This document shows positions 49,624 through 62,565 of a DNA stretch of 64,000 bases, piece by piece (positions within the stretch are counted from its first letter, which is position 1; each line of letters opens with the position of its first letter). The stretch comes from Octopus sinensis (Eukaryota). A program made the translations under genes and the position numbers. The stretch spans positions 8,742,001-8,806,000 of the forward strand of contig NC_043025.1 of NCBI RefSeq assembly GCF_006345805.1, given 5' to 3'. The notes under the pieces are model-generated. The model had not been told where the DNA came from and searched no databases. It saw only the letters and a list, made by a program, of their open reading frames with translations.

Positions 49624-52203
49624 CATACACACAGTACACACCCATAACAATTATAAGTGCCCACTTCATTCGTTGTACTTGGGTTTGCATGTGAGCCTCA
49701 GCATATGCACCTAACGGCCACTCCAGCCCCATATGGATAAATAAACACATACATCCCCTAAAAATAATAATAAAAAAAAAATAAAAATAAAAAAAAAAAA
49801 AAAAAATAAATAAATAAATAAATAAAAAAAAAAAAAAAAAAAAATGGGAGTAATCCCATTCACACCAATTATATGTATACAATTATACACACTTGAATAA
49901 TACATACTAGCCCTAATATATAGAACATACTAATAATCACCAACTAACCACCAACACAAATGAAACCCACACCCATTAATGACAAAACTCCCCCATACCC
50001 TATTTACACCTACATAGTAATCCCAATATATTCTTCCATACATGGACGCAAGTGCGTGAAGCACATGAACATAATTAGTACGTACAACCCCTAATACACA
50101 CTAATATATATGTATCAAGCTCGACCTCCACAGTGATAAGTTTACACACAATCACACCCAGATGGGTGAATTGCACAACCAGTGAATGCTCACACATACG
50201 GGCGCGATTACATTGTTGCATATATCGAGCCAAAATAGTATGCATATGTACATGTGAGGGGTACACGTAAATGAAGTGAGCGTGTACCCCCTGTATTTAT
50301 ACCCGTGCGTGAATATACACATGGAGACTACCACACAGGTACAAATGTGTTTAGAAATGGGAGCCCCATCACTACACACTTAATTATACTCTCACCCATC
50401 CGCACGGATGTGTAAGTGTATCTCCGGTGTATATGTTGAGGCTTATATGTAGAGTTGTTGAGGGAACGTCGTTGAAATTGTGAATGAATGGGTAGAGTTG
50501 GGAATTGTAACCGGGTGGTGGACTAGTGTTGCTTGGAATTGTGAATGGATTAGGGTGGTAATGAGGTAGGCATTGAGTATGGGTTACTGTAAGTTGTTTG
50601 TTAGAGTTACTAGGGTGAGCTAAAGCTCATAAATGTATATAATTGATTTTTCATGATATTTTTAAAGAATCCATTCATAATAATAATTTTTTTAAGTAGC
50701 GTTGGTTTGCTACGTGGAAATAGTTTTTAGTTCCATTTATTATATTTCTCCATTCATACTATGAATGACGTTTACTTTCTATGGCGCGTATTCTTTTTTT
50801 ACATTGTTATTTCCATGGTAACGTAATATTGTTTGGTTTTTTAACGGCTAAGAATCTAATTTCACTTCATAATTTGTAACTGAATTGTAAGTATGTATTT
50901 GATTTATCCTTATGTCATAATGTTATTTTTGATATTCTGGTTAATTACGATGTATTTATTGTTGTTTTCATAAGAGTGTTTATGTATATGAGATTGGTTG
51001 TGAGTTTTTAATTGTATAATTAATTTATTTATCTGTATGAGTGTGGGTGTAAATATTGTTGTATATATCGAGTTTTAGTGAGTATGTATATGCGTATATG
51101 TGAGGGAGCATATGTATCTGTTGTGTGTGTGTGTTTTGCGTGTGTGTGTGTTTGTGTGTGAATGTGTATTTGGGTTTGTTATTTAGGATTTGGGATGTAT
51201 GTGTTAATTTGTCTGTGTGGGGAGGGAGTGGTTTTTGGTGTATATTGAGGTTTATAAGTTAGTATAGGTTTGTGTATAAGTCTTGGGTCTGTGGTTTACG
51301 TGTGGTTTTTTTGTGTGTGAATTTTTAGGTTAGGGGATTGCTATATAAGTTTGTTATAGGGTTTAGCAAAGGGAGATTTTATAGTTATATGCTTTTATGA
51401 TTTTGGTTTATCATGGTTTTTTTAGTATTCGTGGTATTTTGTCTATTTTAGGTGTTGGTTATTTTTTTACATTGTTTCATTCATAATTTTTGAGTGGTGT
51501 TCGTTTTGCCACGTGAAAACCGGGTGGTGGACTAGCGTTGCTTGGAATGTGAATGGAATAGTGTAGTAGTGAGGTAGGCATAGAGATTGGGATTGGGTTA
51601 CTGCAAGTTGTTTGTTAGAGATGCTAAGGTGAGTTAAAGCTCATAAATGTATATAATGTTTTTTGTGTGTGTAAGTATTGTTGTATATGTCGAGTTTAGT
51701 GAGTATGTATAGGCGTATATGTGAGGGAGTATATGTATCTTTTGTGTGTGAGTGTTTTGCGTGTGAGTGTGTGTTTGGTGTGTGAATGTGTATATGGGTT
51801 TGTTATTTAGGTTTTGGGATGTATGTGTTAATTTGTCTGTGTGGGGAGGGAGTGGGTTTTGGTGTATATTGAGGTTTATAAGTTAGTATAGGTATGTGTA
51901 CAAGTCGTGAGTCTGTGGTTTACGTGTGTGTATTTGTGTGTGAATGTTTAGGTTAGGGGGTTTACTTTATAGGTTTGTTATAGAGTTTAGCAAAGGGATA
52001 GATTTTATCGTTATATATTTTTAGTGTTTTGTTTTATCATGGTGTTTTTTTTTTTTTAGGGAATTCGTGATAATTAGTCTATATTTTCGATATGGATTAT
52101 ATATAGGTTATATATGGATTATATACTTATATTTTTCATTTATACTTTAATTATTTAAAAGTATTATTTTTATATTTTAAATTTTGATTTTTAGATTGGA
52201 AGT

Positions 52204-52246
52204 CCACCTGAAGATTGTCGATCAAGACAAAAAACGATTGTAGTGG
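52204..52246 (+). ncRNA. Degenerate hammerhead (G12 to A)
   Basis: CCAC CUGAAGA UUGUC-GAUCAA-GACAA AAAA CGAUUG UA/GUGG; all three stems present but GAAA reads AAAA. Confidence 0.45.
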
Positions 52247-52330
52247 CGGTTTTTGACTATTTATTAAATTTTATGTATTGATTAAGTCTTTCCTTGTTTG
52301 TTTTGCAAAATAGTGGTTTTGTCTCAAATA

Positions 52331-52360
<30 letters not shown>

Positions 52361-52363
<3 letters not shown>

Positions 52364-53125
52364 CAATTAAGGACAACTACTTAATAAGGAAAACTTAACA
52401 AGAAATTGTCAGGTAGATAGCGTAAAAACCTCAAGAGAAAAAATTTCGAAATAATTATTCTTATTGAACATATTAATTTATATATAGAGGCATTATACAT
52501 ACATGCCAGACGGCATTATACATACATGCCAAACGCTAAGAGGGACAATCAGTCATTTCTACCAAAATCAGTCATTTCTGCCAAAAGCGTTTGGCATGTA
52601 TGTATAATGCCGTCTGGCATGTATGTATAATGCCCTCTATATATAAATTAATATGTTCAATAAGAAATAATTATTTTCGAAATTTTTTCTCTTATGAGGT
52701 TTTTACGCTATCTACCTGACAATTTCTTGTTAAGTTTTCCTTATTAAGTAGTTGTCCTTAATTGCTAAATTTTTATTCCGAAAAAACTTTTCCTCTCCCG
52801 AAATGCAATTCGTAAAAATGCCATTTACCCGGATGTAATATATGTAAACTCACCCATGTGCTTCGTGATGTTGATCAGTTAGCTGATCGGCTTAAGCGGG
52901 CAGGGTCGTTGTTTATTTATAATACATTCAGGCCTGCTGATGATTACGTAAGTATGAAATCACTGTGATACAGGTCTATATTTTTAAATGTCTTACTTTG
53001 AAAAATTGCATTCGGTGGGATTAGTAATATTTTTGGTAGAAATGACTGATTGTCCCTCTTAGTGTTTGGCATGTATGTATAATGCCGTCTGGCATGTATG
53101 TATAATGCCCTCTATATATAAATTA
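52361..53125. repeat. Diverged relative of the 473-bp family: one ~475-bp monomer plus partial copy and a head-to-head inversion, in (TA)n
   Basis: Colinear similarity to the 35.7-40.3 kb monomer along its length; ATGCCCTCTATAT recurs at 52630 and 53105 (475 bp apart); arms 52361-52567 and 52587 onward are inverted. Confidence 0.9.
52931..52976 (+). ncRNA. Type I hammerhead ribozyme, second family
   Basis: GGCCUG CUGAUGA UUACGUAAGUAU GAAA UCACUGUGA UA/CAGGUC: stem I GGCCUG:CAGGUC, stem II UAC-GUAA-GUA closed by U.U, stem III AUCAC-U-GUGAU. Confidence 0.85.
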
Positions 53126-53401
53126 TATATATATATATATAAATTAAATTAGAGATAAAACCACTATTAGGCAACTCAAACAGTGATAGACTTAAACCAA
53201 AACATAAAAAATTAAAAATTAAATATAATTAATATAATATATAATGTATATATAATAATATATAATTTAAAATTTGAATTAAAATTTAAAATTTTTTAAT
53301 TTGTATTTTTAAATTTTGATATTTAAAATTTTTTAATTTAAATCTTTTTTAAAAATAACTAACCAAAAAGTATGAAAAAGCTAAATTAAATATAATAAGT
53401 A

Positions 53402-53461
<60 letters not shown>

Positions 53462-53978
53462 TATATTATATATACACATATATATATATATACATATATA
53501 TAATATATAATATATATATATATACATATATAATATATATATATATATATATTATATATAATATTATATATATATACATATATATATACACATATATATA
53601 TGTATATTCTTTTATTCTACTACCTGTTTCAGTCATTTGACTGCGGCCATACTGGAGTACCGCCTTCAATGGATTTAGTCGAACAAATCATCCCCAAGTG
53701 TTATTTTTTAAGCCTAGTAACTTATTCGATAGATTTCTCTATTGATGAAATGCTAATATACGGGGATGTAACCGACCCAACAGCGGCTGCCAAGTGGTTG
53801 TGGGGCGACAAACACGGACACAAACGCACACAAACGTATGTATGTGGGTGTAAGTGAGTGTGTTAAATTATAAAGCACTAAAAGTAAATGACTCTCCCCA
53901 GACACAACAGAATATGCTTCAACACACAAACTCATATAAAGAATCTTGCAAACCAAATCTCAAAACGAAATATATATG

Positions 53979-54013
<35 letters not shown>

Positions 54014-54014
54014 G

Positions 54015-54181
<167 letters not shown>

Positions 54182-54738
54182 ACACATGCTTATACATAGG
54201 TGAAGGAGGGTTCAGTCCAACTGCGTAGCACCTTGGGCAAGTGTCTTCTTGTATAGCCTCCGGCTATCGTAGAAGACCAAGGCCTTGTGAGTGGATTTGG
54301 TAGACGGAAAGTGAACGTGGCCCGTCGTATATACATATACATGTGTGTGTGTGTGTGTGTGTGTGCATGTGTGTGTAGGGTGTGTGTGTGTGTATGTGCG
54401 TGTGTTTGTGCGTCTGTGTTTGTTCCCCCCAATATCGCTTGACAACCGATGCTGGTGTGTTTACATCCACGTAATAAGCGGTTCGAAAAAAGAGACCGAT
54501 ACAATAAGTACTAGGATTACAAAGAATAAGATCTGGGATCGATTTGCTCGACTATAGGCAGTGCTCCAGTATGGTCAGGGTCAAATGACTGAGACAAATA
54601 AAACTATAAAAAATACGTGTGTGTGTGGACGACAGGCTTCTCTCAGTTTCTGCCTACCAAACCCACTCACAAGGCTTCAGGAGGCTTTGGTTGGGCCGAG
54701 GCTATAATATAAAGCACATGCCTAAGTTTATTTTATTT

Positions 54739-54990
54739 TCATTTTTTTGTGTTTGTGTAATGTATAATTTGTGTATATATGAATTGATTGTCTAAGTATG
54801 CATCTGAGAGTAGGTTGTCACCAAATGACCCTGGTTGGAGGCTATTTATGTGGAAAATATTCCCGGTTCGAGTATATTTCATCATCTGTACCTTACGACC
54901 CATTAATGACTCCGGATAGTCTAGATTGTTTATGGGTATATGACCCTTTCTCCCATATAGTGGTATAAACCCAAAAATAAAAATGGTCAT
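54739..54990 (-). other. Possible terminal coding exon of unknown protein (weak)
   Basis: Non-repetitive open frame GFIPLYGRKGHIPINNLDYPESLMGRKVQMMKY...TKK* followed by AATAAA; GRKGHIP loosely resembles an SH3 C-terminal motif. No clear acceptor. Confidence 0.25.
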
Positions 54991-55889
54991 GAGCGCAAAA
55001 AGGGTTATAAGCCCCCAAAATAAAAACAAGAGTAAACTTGGGCACGAGACTCCTACCACTATAGACTCGGGTCGACCAAAGCCTTGTGAGTGGATTTGGT
55101 AGATGGAAACTAAATGAAGCCTGTCGAATATTGTGGGTGTAGGTGTCTCTGTGTGCGCGCGTACGCATGCATGTGTGTGTGTGTGTGTGTGCAGGCGCGT
55201 ATCTGCAGGTGTGTGTGTTTTTGTTTCTGTGTCTATCTATCCGTCCTCCCCATCAACACCCGACAACCGGTGTTGGTGTTCAGCAAAGTGACTCATGCAA
55301 TAATTACTAGATTAAAAAAAATGTCCTGGGGTTGATTGATCTATAAACGGATTATACATTTTAATAATCAGGGTTTACTTGTCACCATTCATTCTGTAAT
55401 AAGCAGAGTAATCTAGATAACCAAGAGACAAAACACGATGACTATTGTTGGTCTTATTAGTGCCAGGAAGAACATTCAGTTATAAAAATACTTTAGAGGA
55501 ACTGAATTTTCCAATATTTATATTAATTTACGCAAGTTTTTGAACCAATTTCTTCTGTATATTGTTGTTTACCTCATTTTATAAGTTTTTTAGGAATTAT
55601 ATCAATTTCTTTCTTTTTCTAGCAAATTTCATTTAAAAGACATGGCCTTTGATAAGAATATAAGTAAAATTATGCTCGGTGACATTCAATATTTTAAAGA
55701 ATTTATTCGTAAAAATTCACATAAGGTAAGTTGTTCCTTTTATTACTTTCTCAAAGTTACTTATTTGTTTATTATTTCATACAGAATATTAAATGTTCCT
55801 AAGTAACCACGTGTATTCGTCCCTGATATTTCATTTCTTTCTCCACAACTTTCTTCTAATCCTCATTATCATTAGATTTTATAAATATT

Positions 55890-56130
55890 TAACCCAATCA
55901 TGAAGCATGTCAGAGTTGATGGAATGTGAGTGAGAGAGAAGCCTGTCATCACACACTGCAACGGAGTATTCTGGCAGGAAATATTCAGTCGTCCAAGAGA
56001 TGAGGGACAGATGGAGCCAGTAGATGGATGGTGACTTTGTCATGACGTTCTCTTGCTACAAACGGTTGAAGGTTTTACGGACATCAAGGGCTACACCATT
56101 TCTTTTGCAGAAGTTGCCAAACTCATGGAA
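55890..56130 (-). mobile_element. Decayed LINE reverse-transcriptase fragment
   Basis: GVALDVRKTFNRL*...SLISWTTEYF...SHSINSDMLHDWV matches the (A)LDxxKAFDRV...INSGVPQGS RT segment. Confidence 0.7.
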
Positions 56131-57201
56131 ATACTAATGTGTCACATAGAAATTAAATCCTCACTTGATCTGGCTTTATAGTATTGTACTTCTTCTAATC
56201 ATTGAAGACTGGAGGCACATGGCCTAGTTGTTAGAGCAGCGGACTCGCGGTCGAGGGATCGCGGGTTCAAATCTCAGACCGGACGATGTGTGTGTTTATG
56301 AGCGAAAACACCTAAGCTCCACGCGGCTCCGGCAGAAGGTAATGGCGAAATTTCTGCTGACTCTTTCGCCACAACTTTCCCTCACTCTTTCCTCCTGCAT
56401 CTAGCAGCTCACCTGCGATGAACCGGTGTCCCGTCCAGGTGGGGAACCTATAAGCCAAGAAACTGGGAAACCGGCCCTAATGAGCCAGGCATGACTCGAG
56501 AAGGAACAAACAACATTGGTGCATTTGAGACAACAGACAGCTATAAATAAAGAATTAGCTCTGAGCCAACACAGAGAAAAGAGTTCTGTCAACAGAGGCC
56601 TTTGACACAATGCTTGCTTTCTTTTTCCTACGCCCCTCATTATGTACAAACTTCATGAGACACCATTGTTGTTTTGCTAACAGTATTATTCATGTTGTAC
56701 CAGTTTGCTGTATATTCTATTAGTGTGGAAATAAACCTGTGTCTTCATATTTCTTGGTGATCTTCGTCATGGCTCTTTTGGAATGAGAAGATTATAATTT
56801 CACTGGGGCCGTAGTCACATCACTTTTACCACTAAAGTCTCCTTTAATTAAATTAACAGCTTCAAAAGATGTCCTTAAGTATTTCACCTTGTCTTTTGTG
56901 TGAAAAGGGTTCTCAACAGATTGCTTCTGAACACTGAAGGATTCCAATATCCTTTCAGGGCGATTCTATTGGCTTACTGCTATAAAAGGAATGCCTTGAA
57001 TGTCCGTAGGCTTCATACATTCAGGGACCAAACAACCCTTTCCAAACAAAGCCGACAGGTCTTCTTTGAATATTTTTCAAAGTAAAACTAAATCCATCAG
57101 ATTTTCTCTTTTCCCTGCAAAATCTTATCATACACGGGGAGAAGGGGTTACTTATTCGGGAATTCATGATACTCCTTCAAGTCTTTGACTCTCCTCAGTT
57201 G

Positions 57202-57297
57202 CATCATCATCATCATCATCATCATCATCACTAACATCACCATCATCGTCACCACCATCATCATCCCCACCACCATCATCATCATCACCATCATCAC

Positions 57298-57335
<38 letters not shown>

Positions 57336-57405
57336 CCATCAACACCATCATCATCATCATCATCATCACCATCATCACCATCATCGTCACCACCATCATC
57401 ACCAC

Positions 57406-57464
<59 letters not shown>

Positions 57465-57466
57465 CC

Positions 57467-57514
<48 letters not shown>
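57202..57514. repeat. (CAT)n/(CAC)n trinucleotide repeat
   Basis: Direct inspection. Confidence 0.95.
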
Positions 57515-58527
57515 TGTGCTTTCCATACTTTGATGAATTCAACCATTTATCTATGGGTAACATGTTTTTTTTTCTTGGGTTGTAATTAAAAAATTAAAAT
57601 TACTGTGACAATGTCTGAGCCAACCTAAGATGAAAGAAACTGATTTGGGGATCATCACAGTTCCAGGTTTTCTCTTGAAGTTTTCTAGGGTCAGTCGAAG
57701 AGTTATAGTTTCTCAATTTTACAAAAACTAACACTTTTATAAATAGGTTTATTGCTTCACATTAAATTTAAACAAAATATGTTCCAAATAATTCATTAAA
57801 ACAGTAATTTATGCTTTTGTATGACTTTGAGGAAGAAAAATTAAGTTTGTTATCTGCTGTAGTATATTTTACATTGCATATAATGTGTGTGAATATAATT
57901 TCATCCCACCCAGTTAATGTGGCTAAAAATCAATTAGATATTACGTTATCAATTTATTTAGAATAAGTTTATAAAAAGTTTCATACGAAATAATTTGTTT
58001 TAATAAAAATGATTTTTAATAGTAATTACATATTAATTTCGGAATAAAGAGTTTTGATCTAATTTAAATATTTTTTTATCTAATTTCAAAACAACCAAGT
58101 TTGTTTACGCTTATCACAAGAAAACTACAATAATAAGTCTTCCCATTTTGTTTCGCTTGATTTTGCTGAGAAGAGTTTCCTGTCACATAAATTTATTGCC
58201 AAAGGAAGTCCTTCTCGAAGTGTCTTGTGTTTTACTTAGAATTCCGTCTTAGTTGATGATGTAAAAATCTTGATATTTAATTGTGAACTAAAATGCAATA
58301 AAAATTGAGTTGTATGAAGTATGGTAGGGAAAACGAATTAATTTTCATTATCTGAAGTTATTTGGAATGAAGCGGGGTCGCTGTGGGTTTTCCACAAACG
58401 GTAAAGATCCCCTTCAGCCATGAATGACCTTGGGATTAAGTCAAGAAATTATCCTCCAAGGAATAAGTCCGAGCAGGGTTTTTTATAGAAGACCAGCAGT
58501 CACCCGTGCATACCAGCTTCCCCCACC

Positions 58528-58576
<49 letters not shown>

Positions 58577-59000
58577 ATATATATCAGTTATTCTACTCTA
58601 AGCTAGAAATGAAGGGAGATAACTACCATAGGATATTAAAACTGTCTTTATAGCAACAGAAGTGTTTAGGAAGGTGTTTAGACATACAACAATAGCAACA
58701 ACAACAACAACAAATGAACATTTCAAAAGTTTATCTTTATTTCAAAACTTAATCTCTAACAAGGGAACTAAACAAGTAAAGAGGTCTCTATGTGACGGTT
58801 AGATCTGCTAGAAGCAGTAGCCAAATCCACATCAATTTACAAATTATCATCTTAAAGAAGAATAAACTTGACAATATGTTTCTGGCTCCTTTACATTAAG
58901 GATAAAGACAGGGTGGTCATGGCTGGAATGCCATCCCCACCCTATCACAGATCTCTGTCTGGATGACCTGGGACTAAATAAACAGTATTTACACAGAAAT

Positions 59001-59203
59001 TCACTCTGTCTGAGGTAGACATTCGAGTACGTCCAAGCACTCAGCTTCCAGAAGAGCTTCTCTGAGTGTTGCGAATGTGAATTCTTCTGGAGCACAAGTT
59101 GCAAACCATTTGCGGAGCATCTGGAAGCTCTGTTCTGTACTGTTATTTGAATTTTCAAGCTTGATCTTGTTCAAGTGGAAACTGCCAATTCCTAAATTCG
59201 CAC
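59001..59203 (-). CDS. Death-domain-encoding exon (C-terminal part of a death domain)
   Basis: Acceptor TGTTTTGCAG|GT at 59204/59203; GANLGIGSFHLNKIKLENSNNSTEQSFQMLRKW...TFATLREALLEAECLDVLECL matches the death-domain pattern LG...I..I..EN....EQ..QML..W....T...L..AL. Ends in TGA or a GTGAAT donor. Confidence 0.6.
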
Positions 59204-59974
59204 CTGCAAAACATACAACAATAAGAAATAATTGCAACAACATCAACAATAAAATAAAAGATGCGTTCTGTAGTTTGTAATAAATTATAACAAAGAAATT
59301 ATACCAGTTGAGAAATTTTAACAATAATTAAGAAACATGAATAATATAAGACAGTGTTCTCAATTTCTCGGAATCCTGATTAAAAGTTAACAAAGAAGTT
59401 GAAATAAAAGATAAAGATGGAGAAGAAATTAAAGGAAATTAATTGAAAATTACTCTTGAAGAAATTTATGGGAAACAGATGGCAGGAAAATGGTTTGCAT
59501 AGGCAAAAGTGTCACCAACTTTGACACCATTTCATCCATCGTTGCATTTTCTCTGCCTTCTATTTCTGGGAGGGTACTCAGGCCCCTCCTACATAGGCTC
59601 CTATCAAAAGCAATTATCATTAGTCTTCGTGGCAAGATTCCCAAGTATAATCAACAGACACTATTTTTTTTTGTTCCTTATCGAGCCATGCCTGGTTCAT
59701 AAGGGCCGGTTTCCCGGTTTCTTGGCGTATAGGTTCCCCACCTGGACGGGACGACGGTCGATCTCAGGTGAGCTGCAAGATGCAGGAGGAAAGAGTGAGA
59801 GAAAGTTTTGGCGAAAGATTCAGCAGAATTTTCGCCATTACCCTCTGCCGGAGCCGCGTGGAGCTTAGGGGTTTTCGCTCATAAACACACACATCGCCTG
59901 GTCTGAGATTCGAACCCGCGATCCCTCGACCGCGAGTCTGCTGCTCTAACCACTAGTCCATGTGCCTCCACAAC

Positions 59975-60220
59975 AGATACTATGGATATTATCCAACCAT
60001 CTCATTCTTGATCTGCTGCTAAGTCTTCTGCCATTTGGTTCAGCTTGAAGAATCCATCTTGCAGTTCTTTTCTGCAACATTCTAATCTGATATCTGTAGA
60101 AGCAGAACCGTGGAGATTTAGTGGCTCAACCTGCGTTTTGTGCATCCTTTAGAGCACCAGAGACCCTTTAGAGGAATCCCATTTCGGCTGCTTGGTCTCA
60201 TCACATGATCAGCACCTGAA
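59975..60220 (-). mobile_element. Decayed RTE-clade LINE C-terminal fragment
   Basis: RMLQKRTARWILQAEPNGRRLSSRSRMRWLDNI. Confidence 0.6.
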
Positions 60221-62097
60221 ATAGTCATTTGTGATGCTACTCCTACTCTCACTAATTAGTAATTACAACACATCAACATTTAGGAACAGCTACAAAGTGG
60301 AGGCCGAACTATCAAGGAATACCAGTCATATTAGGTACACCTGGACCAATTAATATACAAATAGATATGATACCAGAATGATTTCAACTACGCAGAGTAC
60401 AAAATATACGTTATATATTTTAGAAGACACCAGCTTAACCGTTCTGGGTTCATGATTCGTAATAAGGATTACTTTTAGTGGACCAATAGGGGAAGGTAGA
60501 TGGGGTTAATAGGGATTCTATACTGCGTACTCAATGCACACAATAGATAATGTGGGGTCAGATGTAGGTTGATAGAGAGGAAGGAGTTTGTGAGTTGTAG
60601 ATATACAGGAATATTTAGTTGTAAGAACAACTGTGAAAGGCATGGACGACAGTCTCTGTAACCTAGGTGACATAATTAGGGGTGGAGAAGACTATTCTGA
60701 AAGCAATGGGATTAGAGAAAAGAATGAGGTGGCAAACTGTACGGGGAGCTGTTATCCCTACTGACAAATAACATGTCACACAAACTGCCCACTCTTGGGT
60801 TAACGACGTTGCATTTGATAATGTGGTCCTCTTCTCCTAAGGGAAAGAATGATGTCACACCTGGAACACTTTTCTTCTGAAGATGTCTGCCAGATTAAGG
60901 CAGATATCTGCCTCAACAACAACAACAACAACCTATCAGTGAACTTAGTAAAAATCTAAAGAAACAAAATCATTGATATTAACTCATCTGTTTGTACATA
61001 AACAACATATTTTAGATCCCTACTTTAAAAGAGAATATTAAATCTTTTGTGTCTTCTAATTAATCCATTTTACCAACCATGCAAACCTCGATTTTATGAA
61101 GTTTCTTCAATAGAATTACTTTACAGCTAAACTTTCAATTGGAAATTAAAAGAATGGAAACAGTTCTCAATCATTCTAACAAACAAAAGCTTAAGTGAAG
61201 GCAAAATTTATAAAAATCAATTAGGCATTATATACTCACCAACATTTTGCCATTTACTCCCTAACTTATTTGCCACCACTTTAAGATGTATCTCCTTCAG
61301 TTTTAGGGACCCTGAAATAAATATTTCCAAATTTTATGCATCATGCTATAATTTATTTGTCTCTATTAAAATATCAGCGATAATCATATAATGTAGAAAT
61401 TATCACATTTAATTATAACTTGATAACACTGTTCTTAGTTTTATCTTTCCTTTCTTATATCTGTGCCAAATCAATGGCATGGCATTTTCCTCACATCTCT
61501 ACACTTCACTAACCAACATTCTTCTCATTTTCTGCTTAATTCCAATGATGATGATGATGGTGATGGTGATAGAACTTTCTTCGACTGTCAAAAGGCTTCA
61601 GTGACAGAAACAGTGTTTCTGATGTTATTGTTAATATAAGAACAAATTCACAAGGAATATGTAACCCTACCCACACCCCGTTCCACCACCACTATTATAC
61701 CACATTTGTCAATAAGGCTAATTATAATGAGATAATAAATGAATTTCATTATTAGACTTTAGAAATTATATCTAATTAGTATCGCATAAATATAACAAAA
61801 TATTTCACTTTTTGTTCCATGTGAAATGATGCCAAGACACAATAACATCTGGACATCACTGGACTATAAGGGTCAATGAACCCAGTTTGTAGGGATGCGG
61901 TACTGGACCCAAATAAAACAATATATTTACATGGATTAAAATGTTAGGTGAGGGAACAAGGTGATGTTATGACAAAATAAGGTTACGTTTCAGACATACA
62001 AATGTAAGACTATCAATCAATAATAGCTAATTAATTATCATGTTAATGAGGTATACGGCTAGTACAATAGCACATTGCCTGGCATTGCAATACTTGA

Positions 62098-62565
62098 TAT
62101 CTATGGAGATTGTATATAACATGACAAAAGGATATCTAACCATCGTTATAATGATATCTATATAGATTATATATAATCTGACTGAGGGATACGTGACTCC
62201 CATTATAATGTTATCTATAGATTATATATAACCTGACAAAAAGATACCTGATCATCGTAATAATGATATCTATATAGATTTTATATACCTTGACAAAGGG
62301 ATATTTGACCATCATTATAATGATATCTATATAGATTATATATAATCTGACTGAGGGATACGTGACTCCCATTATAATGTTATCTATAGATTATATATAA
62401 CCTGACAAAGGGATATCTGACCATCGTTATAATGATATCTATATAGATTTTATATACCCTGACAAAGGGATATCTGACCATCATTATAATGATATCAATA
62501 CAGATTGTATATAAGCTGAGAAAGGGGTATGTAATTATCATTATAAAGATATCTCTATAGATTGT
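62098..62565. repeat. ~56-bp minisatellite, ~8 units
   Basis: CTATATAGATTATATATAA(C/T)CTGAC...CATTATAATG(A/T)TAT repeated; AATCTGACTGAGGG recurs at 62175 and 62344. Confidence 0.85.

Noticed and set aside
60858-60915. CTGAAGA followed by an 8-bp hairpin
   Set aside because: No GAAA or stem III after the hairpin.
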